Part shown: in pieces, positions 19,709 to 30,140 of the stretch
Layout of the letters: every line of letters starts with the position of its first letter
How positions within the stretch are numbered: the first letter of the stretch is position 1
Source of the DNA: an uncultured candidate division Zixibacteria bacterium
Lineage (GTDB): Bacteria > Zixibacteria > MSB-5A5 > GN15 > FEB-12
DNA length: 64,000 bases
NCBI GenBank assembly: GCA_963806185.1
Contig: CAWDXE010000003.1
Span: 256,001-320,000 of the forward strand
Direction of reading: 5' to 3'
Made by a program: the position numbers and the translations under genes
Notes under the pieces: model-generated
The model's input: only the letters and a program-made list of their open reading frames with translations
Databases searched by the model: none
What the model was told of the DNA's origin: nothing

Positions 19709-21160
19709 TTAGCCAAGATAGTTCACATCGAGATCGCGCGCGGCACCGCTTTCGTCCAGTCGACGGACCGGCGTCGTATGCGGCGCCGAGGTTACCACCT
19801 CGGGGTTGGTCTCCGCTTCGCGGGCGATCTTGATCATCACCTCCGCGAAATAGTCTAGTGAGTCACGGCCTTCCGTCTCGGTCGGCTCGATCATCATCGC
19901 TTCCGGCACTATCAGCGGGAAGTAATTCGTCGGCGCATGGACGCCGAAGTCGAGCAAGCGTTTGGAAATGTCCGAGGTTCGTACGCCCAGTTTCTTCTGC
20001 CGATTGCCCGAGATTACGAATTCGTGCATACATGGCTGCTCATGCGGCAGGTCAAAATCGGCCTTCAGCAGTTCTTTGAGATAGTTGGCATTGATCACGG
20101 CCCATTCGGACGCTTCCCGCAGGCCGTCGCCGCCCAGCGTCTTGATATACGCAAACCCGCGGACCATGTTGGCGAAATTGCCATAGGCAAAATGCAGCCG
20201 ACCGATCGAGTGGGGCCGCTCATAATTGAAGAAAAGCTTGCCGTCATGGTCCTTTTCCAGCACCGGGAAAGGAAGGAATTTCTCCAATTCGGCCGTCACG
20301 CCGATCGCCCCGGCACCCGGGCCGCCGCCGCCGTGGGGTGTCGAAAACGTCTTGTGCAAGTTGAAGTGCATGACATCGAACCCAACGTCACCGGGACGGA
20401 AAATACCCATATGGGCATTCAAATTGGCTCCGTCCATATACACCAAACCGCCGCCCTTGTGCACGATCCGGGCGATTTCCTGTATGTTTTTCTCGAACAG
20501 ACCCAGCGTGTTCGGATTGGTCAACATCATTCCGGCAACCTCGTCATCCATGGCCGCCGCGACAGCCTCGGGAAGGATCATGCCGTCCTCGTCGCACTTG
20601 ACCGTCACCGTCGTGTACCCCACGGAGGCCACCGATGCCGGATTGGTGCCATGTGCCGACTCGGGGATCAGGATCTTTGACCGATTTCGGCCCTTGTGCA
20701 CATGATAGGCACGCATCACCAGAAGTCCGGCAAACTCGCCATGAGCGCCGGCTACCGGCTGAAGTGATATGTGCGGGAAGCCACTGACCTCGCTCAAGTA
20801 CCGCTCCAGGTCCCACATTAACTGCAAACTTCCGGCCGAGGCCGAACAGGGGGTGAGCGGATGATGGTTGGCAAAGCCGCTATAGCTCGCCGCGACATCG
20901 TTGAGCTTCGGGTTATACTTCATCGTGCATGATCCGAGCGGATAGAAACCCTTGTCGATATGGTGATTCTTCACCGACATATTGACAAAATGGCGCATGA
21001 CGGTCGGCTCGCTCACCTCGGGGAGAGCCGCATCCTTGGCGCGACGGTATTTCTCCGGGATAGCGGAAAGAATATCCGCTTCGCCCTTCTTGGTCTCCGG
21101 CAAGGTGTACCCCTTCAATCCCGGGGCCGATTTTTCGTAAATCAAGATCTTTTCATTCAC
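19709..21160 (-). CDS. gcvPB: Glycine dehydrogenase (decarboxylating) subunit 2
   Basis: PLGSCTMKYNP, AHGTNPAS, DGANLNA and HFNLHKTFSTPHGGGGPG (PLP Lys). Confidence 0.96.
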   Translation of the reverse strand: MNEKILIYEKSAPGLKGYTLPETKKGEADILSAIPEKYRRAKDAALPEVSEPTVMRHFVNMSVKNHHIDKGFYPLGSCTMKYNPKLNDVAASYSGFANHHPLTPCSASAGSLQLMWDLERYLSEVSGFPHISLQPVAGAHGEFAGLLVMRAYHVHKGRNRSKILIPESAHGTNPASVASVGYTTVTVKCDEDGMILPEAVAAAMDDEVAGMMLTNPNTLGLFEKNIQEIARIVHKGGGLVYMDGANLNAHMGIFRPGDVGFDVMHFNLHKTFSTPHGGGGPGAGAIGVTAELEKFLPFPVLEKDHDGKLFFNYERPHSIGRLHFAYGNFANMVRGFAYIKTLGGDGLREASEWAVINANYLKELLKADFDLPHEQPCMHEFVISGNRQKKLGVRTSDISKRLLDFGVHAPTNYFPLIVPEAMMIEPTETEGRDSLDYFAEVMIKIAREAETNPEVVTSAPHTTPVRRLDESGAARDLDVNYLG

Positions 21161-21199
21161 TGCAACAAGTCCTCACACCGGCAAATTCCCGGTGATTCT

Positions 21200-22064
21200 C
21201 TATTTCTTCTCATCCGCCTTAGGCGGGTTCTTCCATTTCTCTATCTGTTTGGCGACCCATTCGATCTCATCCTTCTCATTCGGATAGCGCTCGGCGAACC
21301 CCTCGAAATGAGAGATCGCTTTCGCCGTGTCGCCCATACGCACATACACGAGGCCAACCCATTCATCGGCATTCACGGCAAATGACGAGTTGGGAAAGTC
21401 CTTCAAGACGCCCTGGAACAACTCCAGTGCTTTATCATAGTTCTTCGCCCGGCGCTGCATGTCGGCGATGGCCATCCGACTTTCGCCCGCCAGAGAGTCC
21501 TTCTCATTGACCGCCACTACTCTGCTATACCAGGTCATCGCGTCGTCCGGCATGCCGCGATATTTGTACTTGTCCGCAATCTTGAACGCGAGCTCCCGGC
21601 TGGAGTCAGCCTTTGCTTTGCCCAGCAGGTCGTCGAGCGTGCCAACGCCGTTGCGGTAGTCCTTAATCGTTTGCAAGAACTCCGGTGGAGGCAAGTACCC
21701 GACGATCCGATCGATTTCATTACCCTTGTTATCCATCAGAACAATGGTGGGATACGCGCTCACCCGATATTTCTGGGCGATTAGAGTATCCTTCTCGGCG
21801 TTAATCTTGGTCAGCACCGCCTCGTTCGAAAAGTAGCTGATATTGCTGGAGTCTACGAACACGACCGTGTCCATCACCTTGCACCAGCTTCACCACTCGG
21901 TGAAAAACTTCAAGGCCATCGGCTGGTTTGCCTGTGCCGCCGCCTTCAGTCCCTCTTCATATGAAGTATAGTATTGCGCTTTGCCGGCTGTGTTGACCAA
22001 TTCGGCTGTCGCCGTTCCGGCGAGCAGAAGTGTCGCCAGAGTCACTAATCCCGGTCGTCCGCAT
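21200..22064 (-). CDS. Secreted thioredoxin-like + TPR protein; putative selenoprotein (UxxC, in-frame TGA at 21892-21890)
   Basis: ORFs 21890-22129 and 21200-21877 are in frame across TGA: KFFTEW-U-SWCKVMDTV, versus KFYTDWCSWCKVMDTV in the paralog. AGGAGG-ATG at 22064 (MRTT) needs a 1-nt indel near 22051 to join the signal-peptide frame. Confidence 0.8.
21845..21889 (-). promoter_or_regulatory. Candidate bacterial SECIS element
   Basis: After UGA there is a lower stem GCUGG/CCAGC and an upper 8-bp stem AUGGACAC/GUGUUCGU. The apical loop GGUC starts 23 nt after the UGA. Confidence 0.7.
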
Positions 22065-22131
22065 GCTGCCTCCTGTAGCGAAACTCGCCATCTTTGCTCT
22101 ATACCCGCGAGCGGCGCGGGTGCTTTCATCT

Positions 22132-22998
22132 TTACGACTTCTTGGCGTCCGCCGGTGCCGGCGGATTCTTCAGTTTGTCGATCTGTTTCTTGACGTACCC
22201 GATTTCTTCCGAATTCGGATACTTGGTCAGGAACGACTCCATCTGCTGTACTGCCGCTGTCGTGTCGCCCTTTTTCACCAGAACGAGGCCGATCCAGATA
22301 TCGGCGTTTTCGGCAAACGGAGTACCAGCGAAATCGGTGGCCATGGCGCGGAAGGCGCTGAGGGCACCGTCATAGTCTCTCTTCTGGCGAAACATCTCGG
22401 CCAGCGCCATCCGGCTCTCCCCGGCCAGCGAATCCTTTTCGTTGCCGGTGATCACCGTCTGATACCATTTCTTCGCATCAGTTTCGGCGCCGCGGTATTT
22501 GTACTTTTCCGCGATCTGAAACGCCAGATTGCGGTCGGCATTCGTCTTGGTCTGATTCAACAGGTCATCGAGCGTTCCTTTGCCGGCCCGGTAATCCTTC
22601 ACCGTCTGCAGAAAGTCGGTCGGCGGCAGGTAGCCGACGATGCGGTCGATCTCGTTTCCCTTGCCGTCGACCAGGACGACTGTCGGATAGACGTTGACCG
22701 CATACTTCCTGGAGATCAGAGTATCCTTCTCCGCATTGGTCTTAAACATGACCATGTCGTTTGTGAAGTAGGCGATGTTATTGGCCTCTACCAATGTCAC
22801 GGTGTCCATGACCTTGCACCAGCTGCACCAGTCCGTGTAGAACTTGATGGCGATAGGCTGATTCTTTTGGGCTGCGGCCGTCATGGCCTCATCGAGATTG
22901 GTGTAATAGGGTGCGTGTCCGGGTTCGGAAACAAGTTCGGCCGATGCCGCACAGCAGAAGGTGAGCATCACCAGCAGAACCAGTGTCAACGTACGCAT
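22132..22998 (-). CDS. Secreted thioredoxin-like (WCSWC) + TPR protein; Cys paralog of the adjacent gene
   Basis: Signal peptide MRTLTLVLLVML...ASAE, WCSWC, cis-Pro loop VYPTVV and C-terminal TPR-like helices. Confidence 0.88.
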   Translation of the reverse strand: MRTLTLVLLVMLTFCCAASAELVSEPGHAPYYTNLDEAMTAAAQKNQPIAIKFYTDWCSWCKVMDTVTLVEANNIAYFTNDMVMFKTNAEKDTLISRKYAVNVYPTVVLVDGKGNEIDRIVGYLPPTDFLQTVKDYRAGKGTLDDLLNQTKTNADRNLAFQIAEKYKYRGAETDAKKWYQTVITGNEKDSLAGESRMALAEMFRQKRDYDGALSAFRAMATDFAGTPFAENADIWIGLVLVKKGDTTAAVQQMESFLTKYPNSEEIGYVKKQIDKLKNPPAPADAKKS

Positions 22999-23029
22999 AC
23001 CGCTTCTCCTTCGTATCGTGCAGACAGTC

Positions 23030-23405
23030 TCATTCTTCGTCTTCGTCCATCAGTCCTTCGCCCAGAACCGCATCAAGAATCGCCTCGGCGTCGTCACGGA
23101 ACTCCCGGGGAACCAGAACGGCCTGCCCGAACAGCGTTTGCTGGGGGAGCATCGGCGGCCGTGCTCTGTCCGCTATTGGCGAACTGGGCGGAGAGAATCA
23201 TGCAAGGGATGTTGCTGGCGGTGAGGGCGTCGCGGGCTATGCCGGTTTGCACGTCATTGACCATGAACCCAACCTCGACCCAGGAGTCATCGGGAATGAT
23301 CGCCGCCGTCTGGCGTGGTGACCGCTCCACCAACGGTCGATGGCACTCCGGACAGGTCATGAGACCGGCCTGATATTCATGGGAACATTGGGTGCAATAT
23401 ACCAT
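23030..23405 (-). CDS. Zinc-ribbon + DUF2007-like small protein (apparent frameshift)
   Basis: MVYCTQC...TCPEC...DSWVEV...ARDALTASNIPC. The C-terminus VPREFRDDAEAILDAVLGEG is in a shifted frame. Confidence 0.65.
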
Positions 23406-23410
23406 CGACT

Positions 23411-23758
23411 TTACTCTTCCTTGGGCTGCCACTGCTCGCCGAGGGCCATGGCCAACAGCTCTTCAGCTTCCTCGGCTTGATCGGCCGGAACTGACACTTC
23501 AAACGCCGCCGATTCGCTGCGATAGATCGGGTTGAGCGGTAATCCGGCATTGCCGAAAAAGCCCGATCGCGACATCACAACGTTTGGTATCTCATACGAG
23601 GTCAGCACTTCACGGGCAAAATCGGCCGAGAATTTGTCCAATACGTATCCCAGCACAATCCACCCTTGTTCTTCACTATCGTCCATCGCCGTCCCGCAGA
23701 CGTGACATGTGGTCGTCCCTTCTCGCCATTCGTTCTTACAGGCGGGACAAGACACCAT
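23411..23758 (-). CDS. Zinc-ribbon + DUF2007-like small protein
   Basis: CPACKNE...TCHVCG, GWIVLG...AREVLTSYEIP...FEVSVPADQAEEAEELL; paralogous to the neighbouring gene. Confidence 0.75.
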   Translation of the reverse strand: MVSCPACKNEWREGTTTCHVCGTAMDDSEEQGWIVLGYVLDKFSADFAREVLTSYEIPNVVMSRSGFFGNAGLPLNPIYRSESAAFEVSVPADQAEEAEELLAMALGEQWQPKEE

Positions 23759-25095
23759 TGTGCGCCAACTCCTTCAAGCCAACGACCAGGCGCGCCACAT
23801 CGCCCGCAGTGCGCTTCTCGGTGGTCGCAACTATGAGACAATTCTCCAGACCAGGATACCAACGCCCGGCGTCGATTCCGGGCAGAATCTTCTTATCGCG
23901 AATCATTGCCAGGATAACCTGCTCCGCGGGGACGGGGGTCCTCACCGCAAACTCCCTGACAAACGGCCCTTTGAAGTACAATTCGAAGCCATCCAGCTTG
24001 CCAATGTCCTTCGCTGCATTCTGGGCGGCCTCGGCAGATAACAGGGCGACCTGCTTCAGCCCGGTCTTGCCCAGTAGGCTCATGTAGACGGACGCGGCGG
24101 TCGCACACAGAGCCTGATTGGTGCAAATATTGGAGGTCGCCTTTTCGCGACGGATATGTTGTTCTCGAGTTTGCAGGGTCAGCACGAATCCGGTCTTGCC
24201 GTCTACGTCCTTGGTGCGTGCGGCCAGCCTTCCCGGCATCATGCGGACCAGCTCTTTCTTGATGGCAAAGAAACCAAGGAGGGGACCGCCGTACGATGGC
24301 GAAATGCCCAATGGCTGTCCTTCACCAAATGCGATGTCAGCACCGCAGTCAGCCGGCGTCTTGAGAATCGCCTGAGCGATCGGGTCAACGCTCATGATCA
24401 ACTTGGCACCCACCTTGTGAGTGATGGTGGCGACTCGATCTATTTCCTCCAGCAGGCCAAAGAAGTTCGGCTGGCCGATCAGTACGCAGGCTGTGTTCTC
24501 ATCCACCGCGTCTTCCAGTCGATTCAGATCAGTCAGACCGTCTTTCATCGGGACAGTCAGGATCTCAAACGGGCGGGCGGACAAATAGGTGTCAATGACC
24601 TGCCGATAGACCGGATTGACGGTTGCCGATACGACAATTTTCTTGCGCCGCGTCACGGCATGGGCCAAAAGAACCGCCTCGGCCGAAGCCGTTGCCCCGT
24701 CGTAAAGCGAAGCATTGGCGATATCCATGCCGGTCAGCCGGCAAATATGAGTCTGGAATTCATAGATCGCCTGCAACGTGCCCTGCGCGACTTCAGGTTG
24801 GTAGGGCGTGTAGGCAGTCATGAACTCGGGGCGACCGATGATCGTGGCTAGCGCCGCAGGAATAAAATGATCATATACGCCGCCGCCGGCAAAACAGGTC
24901 AGCCCGCGTCTGGTTCTGCTCCGAAAGTTGCTTGATTTCATCGAGCAATTCCATTTCGGACAGAGCCGGTATGTTCAGGGAACGATCGAGACGCAGATTC
25001 CCGGGAATCGCCTCAAGCAAGTCCTCGAACTTCTTGACGCCGATCCGGCCGAGCATCTGCTGACGGTCCCGATCGGAACTCGAGATAAAGGCCAT
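23736..25095 (-). CDS. gcvPA: Glycine dehydrogenase subunit 1 (apparent frameshift near 24920)
   Basis: N-terminus MAFISSSDRDRQQML (25095), then FAGGGVYDH, TAYTPYQPE and REQHIRREKATSNICTNQ. Confidence 0.94.
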
Positions 25096-25157
25096 GGTGT
25101 CTTGTTTCTCTCTTTCGCTTCCGCAGCATTGCGCGGAAGATGTCCCAGTTCAGCGAA

Positions 25158-25543
25158 TTAGTGTTCTGCCACTAACTTCTTGTAACTGTCAGCCGTAAGC
25201 AATTGTTCTACTTCAGCGCGGTTGGCCACCTCGACTTTGATCATCCACCCGGAGCCATACGGATCCCGGTTGACGACCATTGGATCGCCGTCAAGTGCGG
25301 AGTTGATTTCGATCACGCGACCGGCCACCGGAGCATACATCTCCGATACCGCCTTGACCGCTTCAATGGTGCCGAAATCTCCCCATCTGTGCTCACCTGG
25401 TCGCCGATGCCCGGCAATTCGATGAACACAATATCTCCCAGTTCTTTCTGGGCAAAATCGGTGATGCCGATGGTTGCGGTATTGCCAGTCACGCGCACCC
25501 ATTCGTGCTCCTTGGTGTACCTCAGCTCAGATGGAATATTCAC
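25158..25543 (-). CDS. gcvH: Glycine cleavage system H protein (apparent frameshift near 25385)
   Basis: YTKEHEWV...[15 protein letters not shown], then [11 protein letters not shown] (lipoyl Lys) and DPYGSGW in a second frame. Confidence 0.93.
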
Positions 25544-25585
25544 GAAACGCCTCCTCGACTATCAGAATCGGTAATGGTCTGCATT

Positions 25586-27023
25586 TCAGCTTCCGGCCCT
25601 GTGGTCGCTGTCACTCCCGGGTGCTTGCTCCCCTTTTTTTTTAAGGGTGACGGCCGTTTTCGGGGCCGGCAGCACCACTTTCTGGAAATGTGTCTCAACA
25701 AAAGAGGTGTCATACTTGCCGGCAACGAAATCAGGGTCCTGGAGTATCTGCTTGTGGTATTCGATGGTCGTTGGCACGCCCTGGACTACAAATTCGTCGA
25801 GCGCATGCCGCATTTTCATGATCGCTTCCGGCCGTGTCCGCGCCCGAACTATCAGCTTGGCGATCATCGAATCGTAGTACGGCGGAATCACATACCCGGC
25901 GTAGATGGCCTTGTCGACCCGCACGCCCGGTCCGCCCGGAATGTGCATCGCCTCGATGCGGCCAGGGCCGGGACGGAAATCATGTTCCGGATCTTCGGCA
26001 TTGATCCGACATTCGATGGCATGCCACTTGGGCTGTCAATTCGGCCTGGTTGAATTCGATCTTCTCGCCCAGCGCGACCCGGAACTGCTCGCGGACCAGG
26101 TCGACCTCGTACGCTTCTTCGGTAATCGGGTGCTCGACCTGGATACGCGTGTTCATCTCCATGAAGTAGAAACTGCCGCTCTCGTCGACCAGGCACTCGA
26201 TCGTGCCGACGCCGAGATAACCGATCGACCGGCAGGCCAATAGCGCTGCCTCACCCATCCGCTGACGCAGTTCCGTCGGTCATGAGCGGCGACGGCGTTT
26301 CCTCGATCAGCTTCTGGTGGCGACGCTGGATCGAGCAATCGCGCTCGCCGAAGTGATAGTAGTTGCCGTGCTTGTCGCCGATCACCTGGATTTCGATGTG
26401 ATGCGGATTGACGATGACCTTTTCGAGATACAGATCGGGATTGGAGAAGGCATTGGCTGCTTCGGTCGAGGCGATATGGAAAGCCGCGTTCGAGTTCGGA
26501 CACATCGCGACAGACGCGCATCCCCTTGCCGCCGCCGCCGGCGACCGCTTTGAGAATCACGGGATATCCGACTTTCTCGGCGATCTCGGATGCTTCTTCA
26601 AAAGTGGCGACCTTGCCGTCGGATCCGGGTATCACCGGTACGCCCGCTTTGCGCATGGTCTCTTTGGCCGCGATCTTGTCCCCCATGGTGCGAATCTGCG
26701 TCGGGCGTCGGGCCGATAAAGGTAATGCCGCAAGATTCGCAGATTTCGGCAAAGTCGGCGTTTTCGGCCAGGAAACCATACCCGGGGTGAATTGCGCCGG
26801 CGTTGCAGACTTCGGCCGCCGAGATGATTCGCTTGAAATCCAGATATGACTGGGAGGAGGCGGGCGGACCGATGCAGACGTCTTCATCGGCAAATCGGAC
26901 GTGCAGGGCATCGCGATCGGCTTCGGAATAGACGGCCACCGTCGCGAGGCCCAGTTCCCGGCAGGCGCGAATGATACGTAGGGCGATTTCGCCGCGATTG
27001 GCAATCAATACTTTGTTAAACAA
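25586..27023 (-). CDS. accC: Acetyl-CoA carboxylase biotin carboxylase (several apparent frameshifts)
   Basis: Pieces across frames: [56 protein letters not shown] and [12 protein letters not shown]. Confidence 0.93.
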
Positions 27024-27209
27024 AGAGTTTACCTTACTCCCTTCGGCTGATTTCTACCGCTGTATACGCAGCGTAAGCGGAAAGTATAACACATGCACCA
27101 CATCATCACAAGCCCCAATGGCAAAATTGGCCGCTTCGTCCGCGTCGCAGTCAACCATCTACCTGACAATGAATTGCACGAGAAATGAGGACTCGCAGAA
27201 GTCGAGCAT

Positions 27210-27241
27210 AAAAAAAGCCCGGCACACGTGGGCGGTCGGGC
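27210..27241 (-). terminator. Terminator after the pilT-like gene
   Basis: GCCCG...CGGGC stem followed by T7. Confidence 0.6.
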
Positions 27242-27263
27242 TGCATTGTCATGTCGGATCCAA

Positions 27264-28425
27264 TCAGAATTTGCCCAAGCGTGTTCGGCGAATCGCGATC
27301 GTTCTCGCTCGCCGGCCCCCTTTGTCGCCGCCGTTTCGTCCCAACGATCGGCCGCCCCGGTGATCCCGTTCAGCCGCAGATCGAAATCGTCGGGGTTGGT
27401 GGCGCTGTTGATCGCCTCTTCAAACGAGATCATACCCGGCTTGTGCAGCTTCATGATCGCCTGATCAAATGTCTGCATGCCGTACTGCGACTCCGCCCTG
27501 GGCCATCAGCTCCGGAATATCGGCTGTCTTGTCCGGCTCGATGATGCAGTCACGGACTGCGGCGGAGTTGATCATGACTTCCAGCGCCGGGACTCGACCG
27601 GGCATATCGGAGCGCGTCAACAGGCGCTGGCAGACGATCGCCTTGAGCGTACCGGCCAGCAGCAGACGAATCTGCTGATGCTGGTGCGGCGGGAAGAACG
27701 AAATGATACGGGTGATGGTCTCCACCACGTTCAGCGTGTGCAGCGTGGTCAGCACCAGGTGACCGGTGTCGGCCGCGGTCAGCGCGATCGACATCGTCTC
27801 CAGATCACGGACCTCACCGATGAGGATAACGTCGGGGTCCTGACGAAACGCGTGACGCAGCGCCGAGGCAAAAGTCTCGGTATCGCCGCCGACTTCGCGC
27901 TGGGAGATGATCGATTTCTTGTCGCGGTAGATATACTCGATCGGGTCTTCGACGGTCAGGATATTGCACGACCGGTTGGCGTTCATTTCTTCGATGATCG
28001 CCGCCAGCGTGGTCGATTTACCCGAACCGGTGGTTCCGGTGATGATGATCAGGCCGCGCTGTTCCGAGGCGAGTTTCTTGATGATCGGCGGCAGATTCAA
28101 GTTCTTCGAACGACGGCACCAGCGTGTTGACCGCACGGATGGCGATACCGGTGGTACCGCGCTGGCGGAACAGGTTGATACGGAAACGGCCCAGTTTCGC
28201 CACCGAAAGGGCGAGGTCCATTTCGTTCTTGCGGTAGAATCGCTCGAGCTGCTTTTCGTTGAGGATCTGCTGTACGATCTGATCCATCGTGTCGATGGTG
28301 ATCGGATCGGTAGCGATCTGCTCGAGCATACCGTTGACCCGCAGGTGCGGACGGACGCCGACGCGAATATGCAAGTCGGAGGCCTTGCGGTTGAGCATCT
28401 CAACCAGCATCTGCTTGAGATTCAT
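27264..28425 (-). CDS. Type IV pilus retraction-family ATPase (PilT/PilU-like), with apparent frameshifts; 3' end approximate
   Basis: ASDLHI, RFRINLFRQRG, GTTGSGKSTT, EDPIEY, RQDPDVILIGEVRD, TGHLVLTTLHT and GMQTFDQ. Confidence 0.9.
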
Positions 28426-28467
28426 GGACGTCCCTTTCGCTTGCGACGAAGTCAGACGAGAGAGGGA

Positions 28468-28958
28468 TCAGCCGTTGGGATCAATCAAGAACAGGACTTG
28501 GCCGAATTCGACTGGTTTGCCGTTCTCAACGAGACATCTTGACGACGCGCCCGCTCACCTCTGATTCGATCTCGTTCATCAGCTTCATCGCTTCGACGAT
28601 GCAGACCACCTGTCCGGCGGTAATGCGCTCGTTGAGCGAGACATACGACGGGGCGTCCGGCGCCGGCGCGGCGTAGAACGTTCCGACCATCGGTGACTTG
28701 ATCTCCACATACCGGCTCGTGTCTTCACCCGAAACCGGGGCGGCAGGGGCATTGGGCGCAACCGGAGCAACAGCGACCGGAGCATGGCGCGTAGGCCGCC
28801 GGGGCCATGACCACAGGCGCGCTCATACCATGCCCATTAGAGTTCATCGGCGATTTCCGCATGATCTTGATTTTTCGACCCCAGCGGGAAACCTCGAGCG
28901 ACTCTATCTCCGATTCTTCGACCAGTCGAATAAGCTTCTTGATATATTTGTCATTCAT
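28468..28958 (-). CDS. accB: Biotin carboxyl carrier protein (apparent frameshifts)
   Basis: MNDKYIKKLIRLVEESEI, IKSPMVGTFY, IVEAMKLMNEI (biotinyl Lys) and PVEFGQVLF. Confidence 0.92.
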
Positions 28959-29063
28959 ATTGACGCTCCTTACCTGCCGCAGCACCAACCAACCCTCCTG
29001 CCGGGGCAGGCAATTGCAATCCAGAGAATGCCTTGCAGGGCATTTGAGTATACCCGCCGGGTC

Positions 29064-30137
29064 TTATAGCTCCAACAATTTTTTTTCGGCCCGGTTGAGC
29101 ACCTGGCCGCCCGTCCGGGTCACCACGACATCGTCTTCAATCCGGACCCCACCCCATCCGTCGAGGTAGATTCCGGGTTCGATAGTTACTACATTGTTGA
29201 CCTGCAGCGTGTCCTTGGAAAGCGACGAAACCCTCGGTCCCACATGGACATAGTAGCCAATACCGTGACCCGTGCCATGACCAAAATGCTTGCCAAAACC
29301 TGCCTTCGTAATAAGGGTACGGCAGGCGGCATCAACATCCTTCCCCGGCACTCCGGCCTTGACCTTCTTTATACCTGCCAGCTGAGCCCTAAGTACGATA
29401 TCGTAGATTTTCTTCTGTCGGGCGTTGGCCTTCCCTACCACCACCGTCCGGGTAATGTCCGAGACATATCCATTGAAAGTCGCCCCGAAATCAAACGTAA
29501 TAAAGTCCCCGTTTTCGACTTTTTTGGGCGAGGCGACCCCGTGAGGCATCGCCGAACGGTAGCCGGACGCGACAATCGTCTCAAAGGCCGGCTTCTGCGA
29601 ACCGAGCATTAGCATCTGATATTCCAGCTCTGCCGCCAGTTCGCTCTCCCTCACTCCGGGACGCACCAGATTCAAAATCCGTCCAAAAGCTGTGTCAGAG
29701 ATTCCGCAAGCCTTCTTGATATTGGCAAGTTCGACGCTGTCTTTCACCCATCCCATGTCAGCCAGCAGGGTGTCGGCGGAAAGGAGTATGGCGTCGGGAA
29801 GAGTCTTCTGCAGTCGTTCACGCGCAGACACGGTCAGGTAGTCACCCGCAAAGCCAAACTTGAGATTCTTGCCGTGGAGCGGCGCGACGTCCTTCAATCC
29901 ACCCAGTGCTTCGCCGACAGCCTGGCTAATCTTGGCCGCCTTGACCTGCTGTCGCGCCTGATACGTGAAGCGCGAGTCGGTGAGAAAGAAGGCTGCCGTG
30001 CGCGTGATCGCCAGCACGCCGGCGTCGCCGGTGAAACCACAGATGTACCGGATATGGTCGGGGTGCGTGATAATGAGGCCGTCGAGATTTTCCTGCTGCA
30101 TTTTCTTCCGCAGCACGTTCATGCGTAGCTGTGACAT
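29064..30137 (-). CDS. Xaa-Pro aminopeptidase (M24)
   Basis: DFGA...YVSDITRT, HGTGHGIG, TIEPGIY and GVRIEDD. Confidence 0.92.
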   Translation of the reverse strand: MSQLRMNVLRKKMQQENLDGLIITHPDHIRYICGFTGDAGVLAITRTAAFFLTDSRFTYQARQQVKAAKISQAVGEALGGLKDVAPLHGKNLKFGFAGDYLTVSARERLQKTLPDAILLSADTLLADMGWVKDSVELANIKKACGISDTAFGRILNLVRPGVRESELAAELEYQMLMLGSQKPAFETIVASGYRSAMPHGVASPKKVENGDFITFDFGATFNGYVSDITRTVVVGKANARQKKIYDIVLRAQLAGIKKVKAGVPGKDVDAACRTLITKAGFGKHFGHGTGHGIGYYVHVGPRVSSLSKDTLQVNNVVTIEPGIYLDGWGGVRIEDDVVVTRTGGQVLNRAEKKLLEL

Positions 30138-30140
30138 ACT

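Noticed and set aside
22030..23373. Long plus-strand ORFs, e.g. 447 aa here, also 48266-49390, 49230-50453 and 44090-45052
   Set aside because: They are antisense shadows of well-supported minus-strand genes in GC-rich DNA, with no protein motifs.
24900..28960. Programmed frameshifting or pseudogenisation of accB, accC, gcvH, gcvPA and pilT
   Set aside because: There are too many scattered indels with no common slippery motif, in genes whose motifs are intact. Sequencing error is the simpler explanation.
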